From assembly GCA_052168235.1 (NCBI GenBank), contig JBQLZK010000089.1, positions 1 to 22,530 of the forward strand: DNA of 22,530 nt, written 5' to 3'. Positions 1 through 7,191 of this stretch are shown here, piece after piece. This stretch comes from Thainema sp. Its GTDB lineage: Bacteria; Cyanobacteriota; Cyanobacteriia; Phormidesmidales; Phormidesmidaceae. Each line of letters starts with the position of its first letter. Positions within the stretch are counted from its first letter, which is position 1. The notes beneath the pieces are model-generated. The model did not search any database, was not told the DNA's origin, and saw only the letters and a program-made list of their open reading frames with translations. The translations under genes and the position numbers were made by a program.

Positions 1-100
1 TAAGGGCACTCACTCCATTATATTTTCATCTCCTCAGCGGATGACGTGCTCCCTTGCACAACACATCATTTAGTGCTTTAGGAGTCAATATAAGCTGTGA

Positions 101-1126
101 CTAGGATGACAATTCAGGTGAATGACTAGAGCTGTGCATCACCATGTTCCACTGATTTGGTTCGCAATAAGCTTGCACGTGATATTGGTTGCGTCCCTGC
201 CGTTTGGCTTGATAGAGCGCTTGGTCGGCAGATTGAATTAAGATCCTGGAATCTTTTTGGTGATGGGGAATAAAACTGGCTATTCCGTAGCTCAGCGTTA
301 CCATATCGCTTGTGCTGGATTGAGTATGAGGGATTTGTTTATTCCTTAAATTCTGGGCAATAATCCTAGTAATTTGAACTGCGCCATCTAGGTCGGTGTT
401 TGGTAGCAAGATGGCGAATTCTTCTCCGCCATAGCGAGCCACAAAGTCGGCAGGACGTCTAACTGATTCCATTAAAACTTGTGCGACTTCTTGTAAGCAC
501 TTATCGCCAGCGGGATGACCGTAGTTGTCGTTATAGGCTTTGAAATAATCAACATCGCACAGAATTAACGACAGCGGCAGTTGTTCGCGACTGAGACGCT
601 GCCATTCATTGTGCAAGCTTTGATCGAAGGCAAACCGATTGGCCACTTGCGTTAATCCATCCTGATGCGCCATTCGGTCGAGTTTGTGGTTGAGATCAAT
701 TAGCTCTAGGTTGAGCTGCTGGAGATGATCTGCCATTTCATGTTCGCGATCATAAGCCTGTTTGAGATTGACCGACAGCTTCCGCATGCGCAGGAGCGTG
801 TTGACTCGGAGCAGTGCTTCCCATTTTTTGACGGGCATCGGTAACACTTCATCGACGGATGAGGATAATCCTTCCAGTGCCCGAACCATTTCGGTGTCAT
901 GAGCCAGAAGCAGGACTGGCAAAAAAACCGATTGGGCTTGACGGCGATAGTGTTTGATAACTGGCTGTAATTGGTTAAATGTCGGCCAATCTAGAATGTA
1001 AAGATCGGATTTCCAGGCATCTTGAATCGGAGTATTCAAGGGATAGATTTGATGATGCTGTTGAAGAAAGTTGTGTAATAGATTGAGATTGGCTGGATTA
1101 ACTAAATGTAACCAAATCCTAGACAT
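101..1126 (-). CDS. Diguanylate cyclase with N-terminal degenerate (pseudo-)receiver domain and coiled-coil linker
   Basis: The 341-aa ORF has DGLTQVANR, LILCDVDYFKAYND.YGH..GD, the RxxD I-site (RPAD) before VARYGGEEF, and ADQALYQAKRQGRN. The N-terminus has a REC-like pattern (DLYILD...LPVLLL...VDEVLPMP...RVNTLLR). An AAGGA RBS overlaps the stop of the upstream gene (7-bp gap). Confidence 0.9.
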   Translation of the reverse strand: MSRIWLHLVNPANLNLLHNFLQQHHQIYPLNTPIQDAWKSDLYILDWPTFNQLQPVIKHYRRQAQSVFLPVLLLAHDTEMVRALEGLSSSVDEVLPMPVKKWEALLRVNTLLRMRKLSVNLKQAYDREHEMADHLQQLNLELIDLNHKLDRMAHQDGLTQVANRFAFDQSLHNEWQRLSREQLPLSLILCDVDYFKAYNDNYGHPAGDKCLQEVAQVLMESVRRPADFVARYGGEEFAILLPNTDLDGAVQITRIIAQNLRNKQIPHTQSSTSDMVTLSYGIASFIPHHQKDSRILIQSADQALYQAKRQGRNQYHVQAYCEPNQWNMVMHSSSHSPELSS

Positions 1127-1133
1127 GTTTTCC

Positions 1134-2603
1134 TTACTTGTCTGAATCGATGAAGTCGGGCACGCCTGTTAGAATGCCTCGCAGTTGAGTCAGTGGTTTA
1201 CCAACTTTAATGCCATAGCGGGTAATTTCAATTTCTCGCAGTGTTTTCTCAAAATCACTGAGGCGTTTTTTCAACACACCAATAGCTTTGCGCATTTCAC
1301 CTTTGATTTCTAAAAATCGCAGGAATACGATGTTGTCTACGAGATAAGAAATTCCCACTTCTGTGGCTCGAAAATCACCTGTAATTGATTCCACTTCGTT
1401 GATTAGTAGAGTTGTTACACCACGAGTGCGCAGGTATTGAGCCATGCGGTGTAGATGCTGTAGGAGGTTCTCTTCAATATCAGCGAAGGAAATGCGGTAG
1501 CCAGAAATGCTGTCAATCATGACAATTTTGCTGCCTTTTTCCTCCACTTCGGTACGAATGAGATTAACAAATTCATCGGGGCTAAAGTTGAGTGGCTCTA
1601 GCTCGACAATAGATAGAGTTCCCTGTCTGAGCATGGCTTTAACCGGGATATTGACCGATTCGCAGCGCTGAACCAAGGTTTCTTTGGCTTCTTCGAATAG
1701 ATAAACGACCGTGCGTTCGCCCCGTCCGGCGGACTCTTTGGCAAACTGTAGTCCCAGCGTTGATTTACCCACGCCGCTCGGCCCCGTAATCAGGCTGATG
1801 GTACCGCGTTCGAGACCGCCGTTAAGCAATTCATCCATTTCAGGAATGCCGGATGGGACAGACTCAACTTCAAATTTGGCTTTTTCTTCTTTTTTGAACT
1901 CCAGTTTTGGGAATACCGTCATCCCCTCGTCACTGAGGCGAATAGAGTGCTTGCCGCTGATGAAGCTGGAGCCGCGAAACTTAAGAACTTGAATCGTGTG
2001 CTGGGTGGCGGTAGCAGTAAGCTGCAAAATGCCGTCGCTGATGAACTGTAGGTCTTCATCGGGCGCTTCAATACTCGCTTCCGACGTGAAAAGAACGGTT
2101 GCACCTTGGCCAGTTAAATATCGCAGCAGGGCAATACTCTGCTGACGAAACTGAAACGGATCGACAGACAGATAGCGAAACTGAGTCATGGAATCGATTA
2201 CGACCCGCTGGGGCTGAACAGTTGCGATCGCATCTAAAATCGACTTCGTAATTGGACTCCGTTCCACTTCAGACGGAGAAAAAATGTCGTAGCTTTGCTG
2301 CTGGGTAAACACGTCAGTAGTAGGGCTTAAATCTAGAAAATGCAGCCGATCCGAGTGAATACCAAGCAACTGAGCACTGTGCTGAAGCTGAGCGGCTGAC
2401 TCACCCAGAGTGATGTAGATTGAGGATGAATTGTCTGCCAACCCACAGGCGAGGAAGTGTAGCCCCAGCGTTGTTTTGCCGCTGCCTGGTCCACCACGTA
2501 GTAGATATGATTTTTGGGGTAAAAGTCCACCCCGCAGCACACGATCAAGCCCATCCACTCCAGTAGAAAGGCGAGCCTGGGGAAAATGCACGGTCGATTG
2601 CAT
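1134..2603 (-). CDS. KaiC-like (RAD55/GvpD-type) double-domain P-loop ATPase; not a canonical clock KaiC
   Basis: Two RecA-like domains are present: STGVDGLD..L.GG / GGPGSGKT / VVIDS / VLKFRGS, and SGIPEMDELLNGG / GPSGVGKS / LFEE / VMIDS / ISYLVDNIVFL / VLKKR. The ORF track starts at TTG 2621; the ATG at 2603 is the more likely start. Confidence 0.9.
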   Translation of the reverse strand: MQSTVHFPQARLSTGVDGLDRVLRGGLLPQKSYLLRGGPGSGKTTLGLHFLACGLADNSSSIYITLGESAAQLQHSAQLLGIHSDRLHFLDLSPTTDVFTQQQSYDIFSPSEVERSPITKSILDAIATVQPQRVVIDSMTQFRYLSVDPFQFRQQSIALLRYLTGQGATVLFTSEASIEAPDEDLQFISDGILQLTATATQHTIQVLKFRGSSFISGKHSIRLSDEGMTVFPKLEFKKEEKAKFEVESVPSGIPEMDELLNGGLERGTISLITGPSGVGKSTLGLQFAKESAGRGERTVVYLFEEAKETLVQRCESVNIPVKAMLRQGTLSIVELEPLNFSPDEFVNLIRTEVEEKGSKIVMIDSISGYRISFADIEENLLQHLHRMAQYLRTRGVTTLLINEVESITGDFRATEVGISYLVDNIVFLRFLEIKGEMRKAIGVLKKRLSDFEKTLREIEITRYGIKVGKPLTQLRGILTGVPDFIDSDK

Positions 2604-2886
2604 GTTGTTAACAGAAAGCAAACAGGGAAAAGTTACGGAATTTATTGCAGAGATTAAGTGTATCGCTTATTACCTGGCTTTCGTTATGCTGAAGCATGAA
2701 GATAGACGCTCAGGTGAGATCTTTGCGAAGAAATGTTAAGTAAAGATGCCTTAAATAGTCTTTCATTATTCAGTGACTGAGGCTATTTATCGCTAAAAGT
2801 GAGTATTTTTTAAGGTTCTCAATTCTTATTTACAAGTGAATATAAATTGTTTGAATCCTAAGCTGGATGCGATCGCAGTTTCTGAA

Positions 2887-2923
2887 AACGTTTAAACGTT
2901 CCAACGTTCGAACGTTTAACGTT
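2887..2923. repeat. Short tandem array of palindromic AACGTT hexamers (5 copies, 7-8 bp period)
   Basis: AACGTT occurs at 2887, 2895, 2903, 2911 and 2918, read directly from the sequence. Confidence 0.85.
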
Positions 2924-2965
2924 GAACTACGTAAATGTCTCGACCAAGGTGGCGGAGGTATGGCA

Positions 2966-3478
2966 ATGGCCGCAGAAACAACAGATGCAGTCTTCAAAGC
3001 ACCGTGGGGCAACGTGCTAATCCTAATGACAACGTTGGGCTGCGTGATTTTGATTGGCATTCCGCTGATTGGCTTGTTCTCTGGCCCGCGTAGCAGCTTG
3101 ATTTGGATTGCGTCGATGATTGTCATGCCGCTAGCAATTTTATTGGGGACAGCAATCTTCAGCGTTCAGGGGTATCAGGTGGCGAATGAAACGCTCTATG
3201 TGCAGCGGTTGGGCTGGAAATCTGCGATCGCACTTGATCAGCTTACGTCGGTCGAAATCGATCCAACTGCGATGGATCAGTCGATTCGCACTTGGGGCAA
3301 CGGTGGTCTATTCGGCTTTACGGGTCATTTCCGCAACCGTAAGCTAGGCAAGTATCAGGCGTATGCAACTGATTTTAAGCAGTCTGTTATTCTCCGATTT
3401 CGCGATCGCACGGTTGTCGTAACTCCGGCTGATCCAGAGCGATTTGTGCAAACGCTACAGCAGAAAATCCAGGCATAG
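2966..3478 (+). CDS. Membrane protein with bacterial PH domain (bPH_5-like)
   Basis: Two N-terminal hydrophobic helices are followed by IRTWGNGGLFGFTGHFRN.KLG.YQAYATD...VVVTP.DPERF, typical of bPH_5-type proteins. GGAGG at 2954-2958 favours ATG 2966 (or 2960) over 2867. Confidence 0.75.
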   Translation: MAAETTDAVFKAPWGNVLILMTTLGCVILIGIPLIGLFSGPRSSLIWIASMIVMPLAILLGTAIFSVQGYQVANETLYVQRLGWKSAIALDQLTSVEIDPTAMDQSIRTWGNGGLFGFTGHFRNRKLGKYQAYATDFKQSVILRFRDRTVVVTPADPERFVQTLQQKIQA

Positions 3479-3499
3479 TAGGGGCAATGGCCATTTGCC
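3478..3499 (+). repeat. Degenerate GTAG-type REP-like palindrome
   Basis: GTAGGGGCAATGGCCATTTGCC lies immediately after the stop codon. It has a GTAG foot plus an imperfect hairpin and shares GTAGGGGCA with the copies at 4470 and 4536 (reverse). Confidence 0.55.
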
Positions 3500-3550
3500 T
3501 TGAGATAACGTCTGCTATGACATTGAAAAGTCTGATTACCAAAATCTGCC

Positions 3551-3596
3551 GTACTGTTTCAACAAAACAGTGCCAGAGCCGTCTTCTACCTATAAT
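3551..3596 (+). promoter_or_regulatory. Candidate promoter of the racemase gene: palindrome ACTGTTT-N5-AAACAGT plus TATAAT -10 box
   Basis: The inverted repeat is at 3553-3559/3565-3571, a perfect TATAAT is at 3591-3596, and a GAGGA RBS precedes ATG 3635. Confidence 0.45.
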
Positions 3597-3634
3597 CAGA
3601 ACTCGTTGCGCTTCACTTTGATTGAGGACATGAG

Positions 3635-4423
3635 ATGGAATTTGATGCGGCTAACGGTAATTTGGCTCCCAAGATGCGAATTCACGTGATTAATGGCAAC
3701 ACGTTTGAGTTGATGACGCGGGGAATTGATGAGTCGGCCCAGTTAGCGAAGTCGGCAATGACTGAAGTGATTACGTCTCAGCCCAAATCCGGCCCGCAGT
3801 CGATTGAGAGCTACTATGACGAGTATTTGGCGATTCCCGGCATTTTGGAGCGGGTGATTGAAACTCGCGATCAGGTAGACGGCTTTGTGATTGCCTGCTG
3901 GGGTGATCCGGGGGTGGAAGCGGCACGGGAAATCACTCATAAGCCTGTGGTCGGTATTGCCGAGGCCAGTATGTATGTGGCTAATATGGTGGCGGCGCGG
4001 TGGGGGGTGATCACGACGCAGCACCGTACGCGCGACATGATTGAAAAGACGATTCATAAAACCGGGTTTGCCCATCGCTGCGTGTCGATTCGGACGACGG
4101 GAATTCCGGTGACGGAGACGGAAACGGCGCGGGCTGCGACGATTGATGCGCTGGAAGCGGAGGCGAAAGCTGCGATCGCAACTGACCGAGTGGAAGCCTT
4201 TTGTCTGGGCTGTGCGGGAATGGCGGGTTTAGATCACGAGCTAGAGCAGCGGGTAGGGATTCCGTTTATTGACGCAGTGGCGGCTGGGGTGAAGATGGTG
4301 GAGTCGCTGATTGGGTTGAAGAAATATAACAGTAAGGCGCTCACCTATCAGTATCCGGATGCCAAGGTGATGCAGGGCTATCCAACGCACATGCAGCCTG
4401 AAAATTTTGCCCCTAAATCGTAG
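3635..4423 (+). CDS. Asp/Glu/hydantoin racemase family protein (hydantoin/allantoin racemase-like)
   Basis: Motifs are MRIHVINGNT, GPQSIE, IACWGDPG (catalytic Cys 1), AARE..KPVVGIAEA, LGCAGM (catalytic Cys 2) and P.IDAVAAGVK. Confidence 0.88.
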   Translation: MEFDAANGNLAPKMRIHVINGNTFELMTRGIDESAQLAKSAMTEVITSQPKSGPQSIESYYDEYLAIPGILERVIETRDQVDGFVIACWGDPGVEAAREITHKPVVGIAEASMYVANMVAARWGVITTQHRTRDMIEKTIHKTGFAHRCVSIRTTGIPVTETETARAATIDALEAEAKAAIATDRVEAFCLGCAGMAGLDHELEQRVGIPFIDAVAAGVKMVESLIGLKKYNSKALTYQYPDAKVMQGYPTHMQPENFAPKS

Positions 4424-4431
4424 TTTTACCT

Positions 4432-4536
4432 GTAGGAACAGGTTTAGCCGCTAAATCATAGTTCCACCTGTAGGGGCAGGTTTTGTTGACCAACTGTGAC
4501 TTTGACCCACGACTGATCGGCTAAACCTGCCCCTAC
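4432..4536. repeat. Cluster of three GTAG-type REP-like units (REPIN/BIME-like inverted arrangement)
   Basis: GTAGGAACAGGTTTAGCCG (4432-4450) and GTAGGGGCAGGTTT (4470-4483) are inverted relative to CGGCTAAACCTGCCCCTAC (4518-4536; reverse complement GTAGGGGCAGGTTTAGCCG). The matches are 17/19 and 14/14. Confidence 0.75.
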
Positions 4537-4710
4537 GAAACCTGTATCGGTGAGACATAAAACGACACATTTTGTACGTTACGGAACTCGTAACGATACC
4601 CGGCAGACTGCATAGCTCAGGTCATACTGGCACTAATTTAATACGGAATCGGTTGATGTAGCCGTTATCACTCGATCCTGGATTACGCCGTTGAGTTGAG
4701 TAAGAATTCT

Positions 4711-5634
4711 ATGCTGAAAATTCCCAAACTGGCGTTGCGGGATGCCCGCGACTATCAAATTAGCTTTTTATCGTTGTTTTTATTACTCGGCATCGCGATG
4801 CGCGACTGGTCGCTGCGCTGGGACATGGTGGCAACTGCGATCGCAACCTGTCTTGTCATCCAAACCGTCATATCGCTAGCGCTTGGCTACTGGTCACACT
4901 GGCGCAGTTCCCTGTCACCTACCGATACAGAGAACGCTAGAACATGGCGCTTCGGCTTTTTGCCGCCTGGATTTGTGTTGAACTGGCGCAGTCCGCTGAT
5001 TACGTCGCTGAGCCTCAGCCTGCTGCTGCGGGTGGATCACTATCCGACGATGATGCTGGCGGGGTGCCTTGCGATCGCAAGTAAGTTTTTAATTCGCCAT
5101 CGCGATAAGCATGTATTCAATCCGGCCAACTTCGGCATCATTGCCGCCATGCTGCTGACCCAGGATGCTTGGGTGTCGCCGGGACAGTGGGGGGAGGAGC
5201 TATGGTACGGTTTGATTTTCCTGGGTGCAGGCGGGTTGGTGTTGAAGCGCGTCGGTCGCTGGGACACCACGTTTGCGTTTTTGGGCATGTATGCCCTGCT
5301 GGAAGGGGTGCGAAATCTCTGGCTGGGCTGGACGTGGGACGTGTGGGCGCATCGGCTGATGAGTGGATCGCTGCTGCTATTTGCCCTGTTTATGATTACT
5401 GACCCGCGTTCAATTCCCAATGCGCGGACGGGTCGCTTGGTTTGGGCCGGTGCGATCGCAAGTTTGACTTTTGTATTACGTAACTATTTCTTCCTTTCCT
5501 CGGCAGTGTTCTGGGCGCTGTTTGCGATCGCGCCGCTGACGGTGCTGATTGATCTGTTCTGGCCTGCCGACCGCTTCCAGTGGCAACCCAAGCTCAGTCT
5601 CGCATCTGAACCTCAGCTTTCACTGAAAGCCTAG
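4711..5634 (+). CDS. Stand-alone RnfD/NqrB-family (NQR2_RnfD_RnfE-like) polytopic membrane protein
   Basis: The protein is very hydrophobic and carries LAIASK...KHVFNPANFG and LLFALFMITDPRSIP, the hallmark segments of RnfD/NqrB-type proteins. ATG 4711 is preferred to TTG 4696. No other rnf/nqr genes are nearby. Confidence 0.75.
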   Translation: MLKIPKLALRDARDYQISFLSLFLLLGIAMRDWSLRWDMVATAIATCLVIQTVISLALGYWSHWRSSLSPTDTENARTWRFGFLPPGFVLNWRSPLITSLSLSLLLRVDHYPTMMLAGCLAIASKFLIRHRDKHVFNPANFGIIAAMLLTQDAWVSPGQWGEELWYGLIFLGAGGLVLKRVGRWDTTFAFLGMYALLEGVRNLWLGWTWDVWAHRLMSGSLLLFALFMITDPRSIPNARTGRLVWAGAIASLTFVLRNYFFLSSAVFWALFAIAPLTVLIDLFWPADRFQWQPKLSLASEPQLSLKA

Positions 5635-5662
5635 AGAATTAGCCGTGAAGAGGAATCGAACA

Positions 5663-6994
5663 ATGAAATTTATTCGGATTTTAATTTCGCTCTGTGTCGT
5701 TGCGATCGCAGTTTTGATCATTGCGCCTGCGGCTCAGGCATTTTGCGGATTTTATGTGTCAAAGGCCGATACGAGTTTGTATAACCAGGCATCCCAAGTT
5801 GCGATCGCGCGGGATGGTCAGCGCACGGTTTTAACGATGGCTAACGACTATCGGGGCGACGTGCAGGATTTTGCGCTAGTGGTACCAGTGCCAGTAGTGC
5901 TGGAGGAGGAGCAGGTCAATGTCGGCGAGGCCAGCATTATCCAGCGACTGGACGACTTTAGCGCGCCTCGATTGGTTGAATATTTTGACTCCGATCCCTG
6001 TGCACCACAGATGATGTACGAAATGGATGCAGCTATGCCAACAGCTAGTGCTCCTGTGATGCAGCGCGGGGCTAGGTCTAATGAAGCATTGGGCGTAACG
6101 GTTGAGTCGGCCTTTTCTGTCGGCGAATATGACATCGTGATTTTGAGCGCTACGGAGTCGGACGGATTGGAAACTTGGCTCCAGCAAAACGACTACCGGA
6201 TTCCCGATGGGGCCAGCCAGCTTTTGCAGCCTTATATTCGTCAGGGATTGAAATTCTTTGTCGCGAGGGTGAATCTGGAAGAGTTTGATCAGTCTGGCTT
6301 CCAGAAACTGCGCCCGATTCAGATCGCCTATGAATCACCCCGCTTCATGCTGCCGATTCGGTTGGGCATGATGAACGCTGAGGGTGAGCAGGATTTGGTG
6401 GTGTACCTGATGTCGCCACGGGGTCAGGTGGAATTGACCAACTACCGTACGGTGAAGGTGCCGTCGGACGAAGAAATTCCGGTTTTCGTGAAGAATGAGT
6501 TTGCTGATTTTTACAAAGCGATGTTCCAAACCTCCTATCAGCGCGAGGGCAGAAACGTTGCGTTTTTGGAATATGCCTGGAATATGGCCAACTGTGACCC
6601 CTGTTCCGCCGATCCGCTGTCGCCGGAAGAGTTACGCAAGGCGGGTGTCTTTTGGCTAGGCGAGAATGCGAACCCGTTTGGCGGCAGCAATGTGTTTATC
6701 ACTCGGCTGCATGTCCGCTATACCCGCGACAAGTTTCCCGAAGACTTAGCCTTCCAGGAAACCTCAAATCAGGACTGGTTCCAGGGTCGCTATGTGCTGC
6801 GCCATCCATTCACAGGTGAAGCAGATTGTCCAGCGGCTCAGCAGTATAAGGCATCGTTGCCGGAGCGGTTTGAGCGAGAAGCACAGACGTTAGCACGGCT
6901 CACCGGCTGGAATATCAGCGACATTCGTGCAAAACAACCGACAGTAGCCGAACCCTCGCCAGATAACTGGTGGCGACGGCTTTGGCGGCGTTAA
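5663..6994 (+). CDS. Exported DUF2330-family protein
   Basis: A Sec-type signal peptide ends A-Q-A and is followed by FCGFYV. Other motifs are FALVVPVP, VGEYDIVILSA....GL..WL..N.Y.IP, MLPIRL, NCDPCS and ITRLH.RY. A GAGGA RBS precedes ATG 5663. The family was assigned from memory of motifs. Confidence 0.75.
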   Translation: MKFIRILISLCVVAIAVLIIAPAAQAFCGFYVSKADTSLYNQASQVAIARDGQRTVLTMANDYRGDVQDFALVVPVPVVLEEEQVNVGEASIIQRLDDFSAPRLVEYFDSDPCAPQMMYEMDAAMPTASAPVMQRGARSNEALGVTVESAFSVGEYDIVILSATESDGLETWLQQNDYRIPDGASQLLQPYIRQGLKFFVARVNLEEFDQSGFQKLRPIQIAYESPRFMLPIRLGMMNAEGEQDLVVYLMSPRGQVELTNYRTVKVPSDEEIPVFVKNEFADFYKAMFQTSYQREGRNVAFLEYAWNMANCDPCSADPLSPEELRKAGVFWLGENANPFGGSNVFITRLHVRYTRDKFPEDLAFQETSNQDWFQGRYVLRHPFTGEADCPAAQQYKASLPERFEREAQTLARLTGWNISDIRAKQPTVAEPSPDNWWRRLWRR

Positions 6995-7030
6995 TGGTGG
7001 GTATAGAGGATCTTGGTACAGCCATCTTTG

Positions 7031-7079
7031 ATTGATTATGAACAGGCTGCCCCGCTGGGGCGGCCTGTTCATAATCAAT
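7031..7079. terminator. Long hairpin (23-bp stem, 3-nt loop) between convergent genes; likely bidirectional terminator
   Basis: ATTGATTATGAACAGGCTGCCCC-GCT-GGGGCGGCCTGTTCATAATCAAT pairs fully apart from one G-U position. Confidence 0.65.
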
Positions 7080-7191
7080 TTAGTTCATTAGCTATTTGAG
7101 AGTGCTGTATGGCAAAAGCACTGAGATCCTCTGCACAGTTTTGTGTCTTTAAGAGGTTGAGAGCGTGTTGTTCAATTTTGGGTTGTCAATG

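Noticed and set aside
1..40. Possible gene start on the minus strand (GAGGAG then ATG)
   Set aside because: Both nearby ATGs hit stops within 2-3 codons, and there is too little sequence to support a CDS.
1134..2621. Calling the ATPase the circadian clock gene kaiC
   Set aside because: There are no kaiA/kaiB neighbours, it has S-Y instead of S-T phosphosites, and it lacks the KaiA-binding tail.
2867..2959. N-terminal extension of the bPH ORF (MRSQFLKTFKRSNVRTFNV...)
   Set aside because: It is a translation of the AACGTT repeat array. The RBS supports a start at 2960/2966.
3551..3564. NtcA site upstream of the racemase
   Set aside because: It reads GTA-N8-ACA, not GTA-N8-TAC.
4428..4550. 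CRISPR array
   Set aside because: The units are few, inverted and irregularly spaced, and there are no cas genes. The pattern fits REP-like elements.
4711..5634. Evidence for a complete Na+-NQR or Rnf complex
   Set aside because: Only one subunit-like gene is present and no covalent FMN motif is visible.
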